NCBI GenBank assembly: GCA_963806225.1
Contig: CAWDXG010000004.1
Coordinates: 5,568,001-5,632,000, forward strand
DNA from: an uncultured delta proteobacterium
GTDB lineage: Bacteria > Myxococcota_A > Polyangia > Polyangiales > Polyangiaceae
Length of the DNA: 64,000 nucleotides
Reading direction: 5' to 3'
Shown here: positions 22,161 to 32,733 of the stretch, one piece after another
Layout: the number at the start of each line of letters is the position of its first letter
How positions within the stretch are numbered: the stretch's first letter is position 1
Made by a program: the position numbers and the translations under genes
The notes under the pieces: model-generated
Database searches by the model: none
Seen by the model: only the letters and a program-made list of their open reading frames with translations
What the model was told of the DNA's origin: nothing

Positions 22161-23255
22161 GTGCGGAAGCGTCCGACCGCCATCGCTGTTCCGCTGGTGT
22201 TTTCGCTGGCGTTGGCGGCGTGCGGCTCCAGTGGCGAGAGCGCTCCGGGCTTTTCGCAGGCGGCAGGGGGAGCCGGGGCCGAAGCCGGCCCGGATGGGGT
22301 CGCTGCCGGAGGGAGTGGCGGTTCGGCGGTGGTCGACGCGGGGAGCGAGGAGCAGGAAGCCGCGCCGGCCAAGCTCGGTCCTCCCTATCCGATCGTGCTT
22401 TCGCACGGCTTCTTCGGCTTCAACAAGTTCGCCGGGCTCGATTTCGCCACCTACTTCTACCAGGTCAAGGACTACCTCGCGCAGCATGGCGAGACGCAGG
22501 TGTACACGCCGGCGGTTGATCCGTTCAACGACTCGACCTACCGCGGAGCGCAGCTGGCCGACGACATCCAGCAGATCCTCGAGCAGACGGGCTACGCGAA
22601 GGTCAACATCATCGGTCACTCACAGGGCGGCCTCGACGCCCGCGTCGTCGCGCACGACCACCCCGATTGGGTTGCGAGCGTGGTCACCTACGCAACGCCG
22701 AACGAGGGGACGAAGGTCGCCGATGTCGTCCTCAAGCTGATTTCAGACCCCAATGCCCAGGCGATCCTCGATGCGCTGGTGAAGGTGGTGGGTGCACCGC
22801 TGTACGATCAGGTCGGCAACCAGACCTCACTGTCCAAGCCCATGAAGCTGTTCAGTCAGAGTGGCATCGCGGCGTTCAACAAGGCGTATCCGGATGCTCC
22901 CGGCGTTTCGTACTATTCGATCGCAGGTCGCACCGATCTTTCGCTCGGTGGGAGCGACTGCGATGTGCCGGATGCGCCGGCCTTCATCACCGACTTTGCC
23001 AAGACCCGCGATCCGGTGGATGTGCTGCTCAAGCCCACCAACACGCTGCTCGATGAGGGGCTATCCCAGGTGCCGAACGACGGGCTGGTCCAGGTGAAGA
23101 GCGCCCGCTGGGGGACGTTCCTGGGTTGCGTCCCCGCTGACCATCTCGACGAGATCGGGCAGCTTTTCGGCGACAATCCCGGCCTTGGCAACGACTGGCG
23201 GCACAAGGAGTTCTTCCTGGCGCTGATCCAGTACCTCCGGGCGCAGGGGTTCTGA
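22161..23255 (+). CDS. Secreted triacylglycerol lipase/esterase (alpha/beta hydrolase)
   Basis: Lipobox LAAC, PYPIVLSHGFFG, GHSQGG nucleophile, NDGLV, DHLDEIGQ. Confidence 0.88.
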   Translation: MRKRPTAIAVPLVFSLALAACGSSGESAPGFSQAAGGAGAEAGPDGVAAGGSGGSAVVDAGSEEQEAAPAKLGPPYPIVLSHGFFGFNKFAGLDFATYFYQVKDYLAQHGETQVYTPAVDPFNDSTYRGAQLADDIQQILEQTGYAKVNIIGHSQGGLDARVVAHDHPDWVASVVTYATPNEGTKVADVVLKLISDPNAQAILDALVKVVGAPLYDQVGNQTSLSKPMKLFSQSGIAAFNKAYPDAPGVSYYSIAGRTDLSLGGSDCDVPDAPAFITDFAKTRDPVDVLLKPTNTLLDEGLSQVPNDGLVQVKSARWGTFLGCVPADHLDEIGQLFGDNPGLGNDWRHKEFFLALIQYLRAQGF

Positions 23256-23353
23256 ACCGCGGGCCGGTCGCGGCGTGGTACCCTCGTTTTCCGCGCGTCC
23301 GGGCACAAGCCGGAGCCTCCCGACGGCGGAGCTGATACACTGGATTGCTGCTT

Positions 23354-24943
23354 ATGACCGCCTCTTTCACGCCGGGCGCGGACAAGCTAGGGCGGCGGGG
23401 CGACATCGCTCCGGGAACCGTGGTGGGGCAGTACGCGATCAAGCGGCGGATCGGGGCCGGCGGCATGGCCGAGGTGTACGAGGCGCTGCACTCCGGCCTG
23501 AACAAGCGAGTGGCAATCAAGACGCTGCGCCGCGAATACGCCGACAACGGTACGCTGGTCAGCCGCTTTCTGCGCGAAGCCCAGGTCGCCTCCAGCTTCC
23601 GGCACCCGCACATCGTCGACGTGACCAACGTCGGCATGATCGACGAGCTGCCCTGCCTGGTGATGGAGTACCTGGAGGGCGAGACCCTGCACGCGATGCT
23701 CAAGCGGCGGGAGTCGTTGTCGATCACCGAGATCGTTGATCTCATGCTGCCGGTCGTCGCCGCTGTCAGCACGGCGCACTCCAAGGGCGTAGTGCACCGC
23801 GACCTCAAGCCGGCCAATATCTTCATCACGACCGGCTGGACCGGCGGGCTGCATCCGAAGGTGCTCGACTTCGGGATCTCGAAGGTGCTGGCGGACGAGG
23901 AGCCCTCCGCGTTGACCACGGACTCGACGTTCCTGGGCTCGCCGCACTACGTCTCGCCCGAACAGGCGCGGGGCGAGCGGGAAATCGACGGGCGCGCCGA
24001 CCAGTATTCGATCGGCGTCATGCTGTACGAAGCCGTGTGTGGCGTACGGCCTTTTGCCCATCGTGCACAGACCTTCATGTCGTTGATGTACGCCATTGCC
24101 CAGGGCGACTTCATGCCTCCCCGCGCGCACCGACCGGATCTGCCGCCGGCATTCGAGACGATCATCCTCAAGGCGATGGCGCGCGATGTCAGCAGCCGCT
24201 TCCCCTCGCTCGGGGAGCTCGGTCGCGCCCTGTTGCCCTATGCTTCCGAACGCGCCCGCCTGCTTCAGGAGCCGGTGTTCAGCGGCATGGCCGCATCGGC
24301 GCTGTCGGCTCCCGACAACACAGTGGTCGAGGTGCCGCGCGTCCGCATGGAGGAGTCCCACGGCACCACGCTTGGGCGGAGCGTCAGCGAAATCGACCAC
24401 ATGCGGTCGATGCCGTCGCCGCGCCGCATCTCGCCGGTGGTGTGGATCGTCGGCGCGGGAGCCGTGGGGGCGCTTTGCCTCATGGGTTGGGGCGTGGAAC
24501 GCGCGATAGCGGCGCGCACGTCGGCGAAGGCCAGAGCCCGGGTCGCGCCCGCTGCACAGAAAGCGTCACCCCCACCCAAGCCCGTCGCCGCGCCGTCGGC
24601 ACAGCCGGCGCCGGCGCCGCCCGAGCCGGAAATCTTCGAGGCGGAGACCAGCGTCACGCCGAAGAACGCGACCATCGATGTCGACGGCACCAGGATGGGA
24701 ACGGGTTCCTTCTCGGAGGAGCTGCCCAAGGACGGGCGCTCGCACAAGCTCACGATCTCCGCGCCGGGTTACGATACCGTGGTGCTCGTGTTCCGCGATG
24801 CGCCGCCGCCGGCCAGCGTGGAGCTGGTGCCCACCAAGCGGGTGCACCACAGCGTGCATCGCGTGGTGCACGCCGCTCCGCACAAGAAGGCGGGCTCGGC
24901 CAGCTCGCCGCACACGGACAACCGCGATCCGTGGGCGCAATGA
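23354..24943 (+). CDS. Transmembrane Ser/Thr kinase with PEGA-like extracellular domain
   Basis: IGAGGMAEVY, HRDLKPAN, DFGIS, GSPHYVSPEQ, TM helix, then PKNATIDVDG...ISAPGY. Confidence 0.9.
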   Translation: MTASFTPGADKLGRRGDIAPGTVVGQYAIKRRIGAGGMAEVYEALHSGLNKRVAIKTLRREYADNGTLVSRFLREAQVASSFRHPHIVDVTNVGMIDELPCLVMEYLEGETLHAMLKRRESLSITEIVDLMLPVVAAVSTAHSKGVVHRDLKPANIFITTGWTGGLHPKVLDFGISKVLADEEPSALTTDSTFLGSPHYVSPEQARGEREIDGRADQYSIGVMLYEAVCGVRPFAHRAQTFMSLMYAIAQGDFMPPRAHRPDLPPAFETIILKAMARDVSSRFPSLGELGRALLPYASERARLLQEPVFSGMAASALSAPDNTVVEVPRVRMEESHGTTLGRSVSEIDHMRSMPSPRRISPVVWIVGAGAVGALCLMGWGVERAIAARTSAKARARVAPAAQKASPPPKPVAAPSAQPAPAPPEPEIFEAETSVTPKNATIDVDGTRMGTGSFSEELPKDGRSHKLTISAPGYDTVVLVFRDAPPPASVELVPTKRVHHSVHRVVHAAPHKKAGSASSPHTDNRDPWAQ

Positions 24944-24962
24944 GGGTATTGGCTCGGTGAGG

Positions 24963-25805
24963 ATGCGTCCGCGGATCCTGTCCCTGCTCGCGATCGGTTG
25001 CTCGCTCGCGCTCACCCCGACGGCGCACGCGCTGCCCAGCCCTCCCGGGAAGAAGGTCAGCAAGAAGGACGACGCGCACGCGCGCCGGCTCTACAAGACG
25101 GGCGATCGCGCCTACGCGGAAGGCCGTTACGAGGACGCGGTCGCCGCGTTCGAGAAGGCCTATGCGATGAGTGGGCGCTCGCTCCTCTTGTTCAACCTCG
25201 GCAACGCCTACGAGCGCTTGCAACGCTACCAGGACGCTGCCGAGGCGCTAGAACGCTACCTGCCCGACGCCAAGCCGAGCGAGCAGGACGCGATCGCGAA
25301 GCGCGTCGCGAACCTGAAGCAACGTGCCAAGCAGCAGCAGGAACAGAAGGAGCGTGAAGAGCGGGAAGCGCAGAAGCGCCGGGAAAAGGCCGCCAAGCCG
25401 CCGCCTCCGTCACCGCAGCCGCCGCGCGAGACGGGGTCTTCACCGACGCTCGGATACGTTCTGCTCGGCACGGGTGGTGCGGCGCTCGCCGTGGGTGGAG
25501 TGTTCGGTGCGCTGGCGCTCTCGGCGCGCCACGACGAGAATTCCGACTGCGCCGACAGCACCCTGGGGCGCTTCTGCACGACCACGGCGAATGCCGCCAT
25601 CAGCCGCGACCGGAACTACTCGCTGGTCGCGGACATCGGGTTCGGCGTGGGCATCGTGGCGGCGGGGGTGGGAGCCTACCTGGTGCTCACCTCGAACAGC
25701 GGGAAGGAAGACAAGGGCAGCCGGACGAGCACGGGCTTCACGAGCGCGCTCGGCGCAACAGCGCGACCGGGCGGAGGAGAGCTGGATCTTGTCGGGCGCT
25801 TCTGA
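24963..25805 (+). CDS. Secreted TPR protein with C-terminal TM segments
   Basis: Signal peptide, ARRLYKTG...YEDAVAAFEKAY...LLFNLGNAYERL, hydrophobic hairpin, ends in ...GRF. Confidence 0.8.
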   Translation: MRPRILSLLAIGCSLALTPTAHALPSPPGKKVSKKDDAHARRLYKTGDRAYAEGRYEDAVAAFEKAYAMSGRSLLLFNLGNAYERLQRYQDAAEALERYLPDAKPSEQDAIAKRVANLKQRAKQQQEQKEREEREAQKRREKAAKPPPPSPQPPRETGSSPTLGYVLLGTGGAALAVGGVFGALALSARHDENSDCADSTLGRFCTTTANAAISRDRNYSLVADIGFGVGIVAAGVGAYLVLTSNSGKEDKGSRTSTGFTSALGATARPGGGELDLVGRF

Positions 25806-27255
25806 AGACTGGCAGCGCAGGCTCCGGGGTTCGATCCGGACACTGCTCCTGGCGCTGGTTGCGCTGGGGACGGGCTGCTCCCTGACCCGTCCGAAGATCA
25901 GTGACTGCGATGACAACGCCCAGTGCCAGGCGGCGTTCGGCTACGGCATGGTGTGCGCAAGCGGGCGATGCGAGCGCACCGCGCCGAACAATCGCTGTAC
26001 GGTCGCGCTGCCTCACGACCTCCTGGTGCAGCCCGGCCGCTACGTGGGCTGGCACGTGTACGGCAGCCTGATGGATCGCTCGTCGGCCACGCAGATCGGC
26101 AGGGAAAACGCGATCAAGCTTGCCGTCACCGAGGTCAACAACCAGGCAGGGCTCGAAGGCAAGGGGATGGGGGTCGTGTTCTGCGATATCGCGCAGGACG
26201 CGGACTACGACAACCTGGACCGCACGGAGGCGGCGAAAGCGTCCGCGCTCTACCTGGCGACGCAGATTGGCGCTCCGGCCATCGTGGGGCCGTCGAGCTC
26301 GCCCGACACGCTCGCCGTGTACAACGCGCTGGATAGGCAGAACAACTACGGCACGTTGATCATCTCGCCCGCGGCTACGAGCACCGCGCTGACCGGGGTC
26401 GACACTAAAGATGCGACCGATCTGAATCCGGGTCTCCTGTGGCGGACGGTGCCGCCCGACTCGGTGCAGGGCGACGCCATTGCGCAGTATCTGCTCAAGC
26501 AGGGGCACACGAACGTTTCCATCGTGCAGGAGAGCGGTGCGTACGGCGAAGGGCTGGCTGGCGTGTTCCTGCCGGCGTTCGAGGGCGGGGGCGGCAAGGA
26601 CACCGTCCACATCTTCTCCGACAGCGTCACGCGCGACGCGGCGATCCTCGCTGCTGGTTCGGACCCGGCTCCGGAAGTGCTGTTCATCTCGTCGCAGACC
26701 AGCGACGTTGTCGCCTTCGTCAAGCAAGCCGACGCCTCGGTCAACTACAAGTCCAAGCAACTGTTCCTCACCGACAGCGCGGCCAATTCGGATCTGCTCA
26801 CCCAGGCTGCCGGTGCCAAGGCGATCTTCCCACGCATCCGCGGCAGCCGCGTGCAGATCCCCAGCGGCTCGACCTACCAGGAGTTTGCTGGAGACTACCA
26901 GGCGGAGTTCAACCAGGATCCGGCGCAGCTTTCCTACGTGGCGAATGCCTACGATGCGGCGTGGCTCGTGTTCTACGGTTCGGCGTGGTCGAACTTCCAG
27001 GAAGGCGGCGTCAGCGGTACCGGCATTGCCCGCGGCCTGCGACAGGTGAGCGCGGGAGAACCCGTGCCGATCGTCCCTTCCGACTGGTTCAAGGTGCTCA
27101 CCAGCTTCAAGGCCGGGCAGAGCATCGACGTGGCCGGCGCTTCCAGCACTCTCGACTTCGACCCCATCACCGAGGAAATCCAGGTCGCCGTCGAGATCTG
27201 GGCCATCAACTCCACGAACGACGGCTTCGCCGTGGTGGAGAAGATCCAGCCGTAG
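25789..27255 (+). CDS. Branched-chain amino-acid-type (LivJ/Peripla_BP_6-like) substrate-binding lipoprotein
   Basis: TTG start after GGAGGAG, lipobox GTGC, AIKLAVTEVN..AG, AIVGPSSS, ISPAATS, LWRTVPPDSVQG, AYDAA. Confidence 0.75.
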   Translation: MSGASEDWQRRLRGSIRTLLLALVALGTGCSLTRPKISDCDDNAQCQAAFGYGMVCASGRCERTAPNNRCTVALPHDLLVQPGRYVGWHVYGSLMDRSSATQIGRENAIKLAVTEVNNQAGLEGKGMGVVFCDIAQDADYDNLDRTEAAKASALYLATQIGAPAIVGPSSSPDTLAVYNALDRQNNYGTLIISPAATSTALTGVDTKDATDLNPGLLWRTVPPDSVQGDAIAQYLLKQGHTNVSIVQESGAYGEGLAGVFLPAFEGGGGKDTVHIFSDSVTRDAAILAAGSDPAPEVLFISSQTSDVVAFVKQADASVNYKSKQLFLTDSAANSDLLTQAAGAKAIFPRIRGSRVQIPSGSTYQEFAGDYQAEFNQDPAQLSYVANAYDAAWLVFYGSAWSNFQEGGVSGTGIARGLRQVSAGEPVPIVPSDWFKVLTSFKAGQSIDVAGASSTLDFDPITEEIQVAVEIWAINSTNDGFAVVEKIQP

Positions 27256-27327
27256 GCCCGCCGCCGCGGCGCGTGGCGTGAGGAGGCGTGGCGTGAGGGG
27301 GCGGCGCGGCGCGATGGGCGGCGCGAG

Positions 27328-28146
27328 TCACGTTGCGGTCAGGTCGAGCAAGCCGTGCCGCCGCCATCCACGGCGGAGCATCAAGCCCCGCGCTGTCGCG
27401 ACCTCGCACTCCGCGCCGGGACCGGCCCGCGGATCGCGCGGCCCCAGAGGTGCGGCGCGTGGATCCGCGAACGCGACGTACGCCATGGGCACACCGTGAG
27501 TGCCGCGCCAGCCATCGAACCACACCGCCGACGAGTACGGGTCGACCCAGCCCGGTATGAAACGCCGGCCATTGCGGACGGCGTGCCGCTGCGCGTTGCC
27601 CAGCACGTACGAAAGGACACGCCTGACCTCGAGCGGCGACTCCAGGACGCGCGAATGAAAGCGGTCGGCAAACACCTTCCCGCGCCGCCCCATGACGCGA
27701 TTCAGGCGCCGCGCGATCCGTACGCAGAGGCCCTGGACGCCGCGCGACAGAGCGCGCCGATCCGGAGCCTCGGCCACGATGTGCACGTGGTTCCCCTGGA
27801 CGGAATAGTGGACGAGCCGGAAACCGAAGCGCGCCTTGCCACCGACGAACGCGTTGTACAGCGCGCGGAACATGCGACCCGAGCGCAGATTCCACACGTC
27901 CGCGCGCAGACGCAGCGTGACGTGCACAGGGCGGCGCGGGTTCGGCCCCTCGCGGTGGAGGTGCGAGACACCGGCGCGCTTCCCGGCCGGCTTGCGCCCC
28001 GCACCCCGTCGACGGCCGCCCCAGCTGCGGAACTCGAGCGCAAGCCGGCGCCGCCGGCCGGGTTTCTTGCCGCCGCGGCGGCGCTGACGGGATTTGGCGG
28101 CGTTGGAGCGCTGGGTGCGCGAGATGTCGGTCGGCGGAGCGGGCAT
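27328..28146 (-). mobile_element. HUH/Y1 tyrosine transposase, RAYT (REP-associated)/IS200-like family
   Basis: C-terminal part of ORF 27328..29007: WGGRRRGAGRK, PVHVTLR, HYSVQGNHVHIVAEA (HUH), GKVFADRFHSRVL, LSYVLGNAQRH (catalytic Tyr), DPYSS. Confidence 0.8.
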
Positions 28147-28249
28147 TGAATCGGCTTTGGGTGACGGCGTGGGCGCGTCATTTTGAATTAGCACTGATTC
28201 GGCAATTGTAAATAGAACGAATGCCGTGAAGTGAGTCAACAACGACGTG

Positions 28250-28608
28250 CGCCGCACCGCACCCCCGCACCGCACCCCCGCGCCGCACCGCACCCCCGCG
28301 CCGCACCGCACCCCCGCGCCGCACCGCACCCCCGCGCCGCACCGCACCCCCGCGCCGCACCGCACCCCCGCGCCGCACCGCACCCCCGCGCCGCACCGCA
28401 CCCCCGCGCCGCACCGCACCCCCGCGCCGCACCGCACCCCCGCGCCGCACCGCACCCCCGCGCCGCACCGCACCCCCGCACCGCACCGCACCCCCGCGCC
28501 GCACCGCACCCCCGCACCGCACCGCACTCCCGCGCCGCGCCGCACCCCCGCGCCGCGCCGCGCCGCGCCGCACCGCACCCCCGCACCGCGCCGCGCCGCA
28601 CTCCCGCC
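28250..28608. repeat. Tandem array of an 18-bp unit GCCGCACCGCACCCCCGC, roughly 19 copies, degenerate at both ends
   Basis: Read directly from the sequence; gives PHRTPA/RCGAGV periodic ORFs. Lies between the glutaredoxin stop codon and the transposase start. Confidence 0.95.
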
Positions 28609-28616
28609 CTGTCGGG

Positions 28617-29396
28617 TTACAGCGTCTGCGTGTTCTGGGCTGCGGCCAAAGCCTGGTCGATGGCGTTGGCGCTGAAGCCGACGAGGATGTGGCCGCCGAT
28701 GTCGATGATGGGGATTTCGCCGGTACGGAGGTGGTTGGCGGCTAGTTTCCGCTGCATCTCGCGGCGCGCGACGGCGTCGCTTTCGATGTCTTTGTGGATC
28801 ACCTTGACGCCGCGCTGCTCGAGGTAGCGCTGCGCGTCGTGGCACGGCTTGCACCAGCTCGCGCCATACAGGATGGCGACCACGCCGTGTTGGCCCGGCG
28901 CTGCGCTGCCGGGGGAGGGCGCCGCCGAGGAAGGCGGAGGGGTGGATGCGCTCGGCGCGAGGGCCTCGAGGCGCTCCTTGCGCCGGCTCGCCCCCTTCTC
29001 GTCCCACTGGGCGCGGGTCATGGTCTTGACCGGATACGTTCCGTCGCCACGCTTCTTCTTCAGGTTGGCGACGTACACGAGCTGGCCGGTGCCGTCCTCG
29101 CGGTTCGTTTCCACGACGCGCACGGCGGAGCGCCCCTGCGCGGGCACATCGCCGGTCTTCTGCACGACGTGGAAGTCGCCCTTCTTGTCGATCCAGGTCA
29201 GAAGCAGGTGCGGCGTGTCGTCCTTCAGCTTCAGTGGCGGTAGCTGGTTCGAGGTCGGGACGGCGCCGGTGTTGTCGTTGCCGGAGTCGCCACCCTTCCC
29301 GTGGCAGGCCTGTGCGAAGGCGCCGACCAGGAGGAGCAGCACGAAGAGCCAGCGGCGGGTGCGCGCCTCGCCTCTAGAAGTTCGGCACTGTGTCAT
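28617..29396 (-). CDS. Lipoprotein with C-terminal glutaredoxin/NrdH-like domain
   Basis: Signal peptide plus AC; YGASWCKPC (CxxC); IPIIDIGGHILVGFS. Confidence 0.82.
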   Translation of the reverse strand: MTQCRTSRGEARTRRWLFVLLLLVGAFAQACHGKGGDSGNDNTGAVPTSNQLPPLKLKDDTPHLLLTWIDKKGDFHVVQKTGDVPAQGRSAVRVVETNREDGTGQLVYVANLKKKRGDGTYPVKTMTRAQWDEKGASRRKERLEALAPSASTPPPSSAAPSPGSAAPGQHGVVAILYGASWCKPCHDAQRYLEQRGVKVIHKDIESDAVARREMQRKLAANHLRTGEIPIIDIGGHILVGFSANAIDQALAAAQNTQTL

Positions 29397-29497
29397 CGGT
29401 CCGGGGATCCGCGTCCTGTCTAGCATCCGTTGCGCGGGCTCGCATCCCCGACGTTGCGGTGTTTCGGCCCGGATTCCAGCGCTTCCGCCACTCCAGG

Positions 29498-30946
29498 CTA
29501 CTGCCGGCCGCCCGACCGCTCGGCGAGGATCGCAGCCGATTCCGCCGCGATGTCCTCGACGCAGGCGTCGACGTGCGCCGCGCGGGTGCGGAAAGCGAGC
29601 ACGCAGACGCGCCCCAGATAGCGATCGCCGACCTGGGCGCCCGTGACCATCACGCGCCCGCGCGCGGTCACGCGCCGCATCAGATCGCGGGTGGCCTGGT
29701 TCTCTTCGGGGAGTGTCGAGCCGGGCCAGCCGAGGTGGAACGCGAACAGCGAGAGCTGCGGCGGCGCCACCACTCTGACCCCGGGCAGCTCCGCCACGCG
29801 CCCGGCGGCTTCGACAGCGAGATTGCGCTTCTCCGAGAGCGCTGCGCGGAAGCGCGCCGCGCCGAACATCGACAGCGGCAGCCAGACGCGAAGGCCGCGG
29901 AAGTCGCGCGACAGCTCCGGGCCGTACTCGCTCGGGTCGTAGAACTCGTTGCGGTCCGGGGTCTCGGGCAGGTAGCCGGCGGTGGCGGCATGGGCGGCGC
30001 GCAGCGCCTCGCCGTCGCGAACCAGGAGCGCGCCGGTTCCATACGGCAGAAAGAGCCCCTTGTGCGGGTCGAGCGTGAGCGAGTCGGCGCGCGGCAGGCC
30101 GGCGAGCAGCGGGCGGAGCTCCGGGCACATGTGGAAGAACGCGCCGTACGCGCCGTCGACGTGGTGCCAGAGCCCTTCGCGGGCGGCGATGTCCGCGATG
30201 GCGTCCAGCGGATCCACCGCGCCGGTGTTGGTCGTGCCGGCCGACGACACCACGAGAAAAGGCACGAGCCCCCGCGCGCGGTCTTCGACAATCGCGGCTT
30301 CCAGCGCCTCCGGTCGCATCCGGAAGTCGCAGTCCACCCCGAGGCTGCGCACGCGATCCGGCAGGATACCGGCCAGACGCGCCGTCTTTCCGACCGAATG
30401 GTGTGCCTGCGTGGACGTGTAGAGCACGCCGTCGCGCAGGCGGTCGCCGAGGCGTTGCTCGCGTGCGCTGACGATGGCGCTGAACGTGGCCAGCGTGCCG
30501 CCGCTGGTCAAGAGCCCGCGCGCCGTCGCCGGAAACTGCATCCATCCGGCAAACCAACGCAGCACGTTGGCTTCCAGCTCCACCAGCACCGGTGCGCCCT
30601 GCCACACGCCTGTGTAGCGGTTCACGCCGTTTGCGATCAGATCGGCCAGAGCGGACGGAAACAAACCGCCCCCCGGAATGAACGCCAGATAGCCGGGGCC
30701 AGCCGAGTTGAAAGAGCGATGCACCCAGTCGGCAAACAGCGGGTCGAGCAGCTCGGCGAGCGGAGTGCCCTGTTCGGGGGCGGGCGCCCGGAGCGCGCGG
30801 CACACGTCGGTCACGTCGAGGTCGCCGTGGCACCGGGCCGAGCCGAGCGCGGCGATGTGCTCGACGACGCGGCGGAGCACGTCCTGTCCGAGCTCCAGCA
30901 TCTCGGCGGGCGGAAGCTCGAGCGAGGCGGGATCGTCGTGGGTCAC
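29498..30946 (-). CDS. Group II PLP-dependent amino-acid decarboxylase
   Basis: GLLTSGG, AHHSVGK, AGTTNTGAVDPL, WHHVDGAYG, DSLTLDPHK. Confidence 0.9.
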   Translation of the reverse strand: MTHDDPASLELPPAEMLELGQDVLRRVVEHIAALGSARCHGDLDVTDVCRALRAPAPEQGTPLAELLDPLFADWVHRSFNSAGPGYLAFIPGGGLFPSALADLIANGVNRYTGVWQGAPVLVELEANVLRWFAGWMQFPATARGLLTSGGTLATFSAIVSAREQRLGDRLRDGVLYTSTQAHHSVGKTARLAGILPDRVRSLGVDCDFRMRPEALEAAIVEDRARGLVPFLVVSSAGTTNTGAVDPLDAIADIAAREGLWHHVDGAYGAFFHMCPELRPLLAGLPRADSLTLDPHKGLFLPYGTGALLVRDGEALRAAHAATAGYLPETPDRNEFYDPSEYGPELSRDFRGLRVWLPLSMFGAARFRAALSEKRNLAVEAAGRVAELPGVRVVAPPQLSLFAFHLGWPGSTLPEENQATRDLMRRVTARGRVMVTGAQVGDRYLGRVCVLAFRTRAAHVDACVEDIAAESAAILAERSGGRQ

Positions 30947-31023
30947 GGCGGTGAGTATGCTCGATGTCGCGCCGGCCGGGAGGCGTCATTGCCGCCGCTG
31001 GCGCATCGTGCCATCGAGTTTTC

Positions 31024-32715
31024 ATGACTTTGTCCGCGAGTGTTTCCGCGACTTCCGCGCCGCGCCGCGAGCGCTACGAGCAGCGGGCCGGCCTGCACGT
31101 GCTCCGCCTCTCCGGCGACGACTACGAGATGGGCTACCAGCACGGCCAGCTGCTCCGCGAGGCGATGGCGCGCGGGCCCGTGCCCTACTTCGAGGAATAC
31201 ATCGAGAAGCTGATCGGTACCTCGCTGGGGCCGTCTGCGGGGCGCATCGCCGCGAAGCTGCTCGCGGCGACGGTGGGGCGGCGTGTGGCCCGCGGCTTTC
31301 CGCCGCACGCCCGGCGCGCGCTCCACGGTCTGGCCGACGGCGCCGGGCTCGGCCGCCGCGCGCTCATGGGCGCCGTGACCATGCCGGAGAGCTATCTGTG
31401 GGTGCTCAAGCTCATCATGCAGCTCGAGCGGCCCGCCCCCGCGCCGCGCCACGCGGTGCCGCTGATGGGCTGCACCAGCGCGATGGCGTGGGGCGAGGCG
31501 ACGCGCGACGGCGCGCTGCTGCATGGACGCAACTTCGACTACCAGGGCGTGGGCGCGTGGGATCGCGAGCAGGCGGTGGTGTTCCACCGGCCGAGCGACG
31601 GGCAGCCCTACGTGTCGGTGGCGGCGGCGGGCATCCTGTTCGGCGGCATTACCGCGATGAATGAAGCGGGGCTGTCGCTCGTGGTGCACCAGCACATGGC
31701 CTCGACCGATCTGCGCCTGGGCGGCACGCCCATCGGCGTCACCGGCGACCAGGTGATGCGGTACGCGAAGAATCTGGACGACGCGCAGCGCATCCTCGAC
31801 GAGGACACGCCGAACGGTTGCTGGACCTACGTGATCGGCTCGGCGCGCGAGCAGGCCGCGCTCTGTTACGAGATCACGCCGCGCGGGCGCGCCGCCTTCC
31901 GCATCGACGATGGCAGCTTCGGTTACAGCAACATCTATCTGGATCCGCGCCTGGCGGAGAGCGAGCTGAACCTGTATCCCTCGCACTGGCGCAACAACAC
32001 GGCGCGCTTCCACCGCGTGCGCGGTCGGCTCGCCGACGCGCGCGGCCGCATCGACGAAAACGAGATCGCCAGCATCCTCGGCGATCGCAGCGACCCGCGC
32101 TGCCGCCTGCGCCACGCGATCGCGATGCCGATGACCGTCGCTTCGGTGGTGTTCCGGCCGGGCGACGCCCTGGTGTACGTCGCACCGGGGCGCGCGCCAA
32201 CGTCGAACCGCGAGTTCGTGGCATTCGACCTGGCGCGCGAGGATCTCCGCGAGGATCTGCCCGCCCTTCGCGGCGGAATACCCGACGACGCGGACGCGCG
32301 CGACGCCTTCGACGCCTATCGCGACGCGTACGAGGCGTACTTCAACAGCTCCGACACCGCGTCGGCGCGGCGTCACATCGCTCGCGCGTGCACGCTCGCG
32401 CCGGGCGAAGCGCTGTATCACTTCATGAACGGGTTGCTCGCGCTGGTCGACCGCGCGCCGTCGGCCGCCGAGCACGCTTTCGATCGCGCGCTCGAGCTCG
32501 GTCACCCCGACGCCGAGCGTCTCGCGGCGTTCCACCTCTGGCGCGCACGCAGCCGCGACGTACAGGGCCGCCGCGCCCAGGCGCTCTCCGACTACCGCAT
32601 GGTGGAACGCGCCGATCACGCCGTCGAGCGCGCCGCCCAGCGCGGCCTGCGTCGCGCCTGGCGCCCGCGGCGCTTCGGCATCGAGTTCGCTCTGGCCGAC
32701 GTGCCGACACCGTAG
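31024..32715 (+). CDS. C45-family (Ntn-hydrolase, acyl-CoA:6-APA acyltransferase-like) peptidase with TPR-like tail
   Basis: YEMGYQHG, autoprocessing site MG|CTS, HGRNFDY, GITAMNEAGL. Confidence 0.8.
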   Translation: MTLSASVSATSAPRRERYEQRAGLHVLRLSGDDYEMGYQHGQLLREAMARGPVPYFEEYIEKLIGTSLGPSAGRIAAKLLAATVGRRVARGFPPHARRALHGLADGAGLGRRALMGAVTMPESYLWVLKLIMQLERPAPAPRHAVPLMGCTSAMAWGEATRDGALLHGRNFDYQGVGAWDREQAVVFHRPSDGQPYVSVAAAGILFGGITAMNEAGLSLVVHQHMASTDLRLGGTPIGVTGDQVMRYAKNLDDAQRILDEDTPNGCWTYVIGSAREQAALCYEITPRGRAAFRIDDGSFGYSNIYLDPRLAESELNLYPSHWRNNTARFHRVRGRLADARGRIDENEIASILGDRSDPRCRLRHAIAMPMTVASVVFRPGDALVYVAPGRAPTSNREFVAFDLAREDLREDLPALRGGIPDDADARDAFDAYRDAYEAYFNSSDTASARRHIARACTLAPGEALYHFMNGLLALVDRAPSAAEHAFDRALELGHPDAERLAAFHLWRARSRDVQGRRAQALSDYRMVERADHAVERAAQRGLRRAWRPRRFGIEFALADVPTP

Positions 32716-32733
32716 CGGCGCGCGCCGCGCTGC

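Noticed and set aside
28250..28608. CRISPR array
   Set aside because: Units are head-to-tail with no unique spacers, and no cas genes are visible.
27328..31025. Long ORFs 27328..29007 and 28617..31025 as single proteins
   Set aside because: Stop-free GC-rich extensions; the real genes start at 28146 and 29396, and the rest overlaps the repeat or other genes.
29498..32715. Decarboxylase plus C45 peptidase as a biosynthetic cluster
   Set aside because: The genes are divergent, with no NRPS/PKS or tailoring genes nearby.
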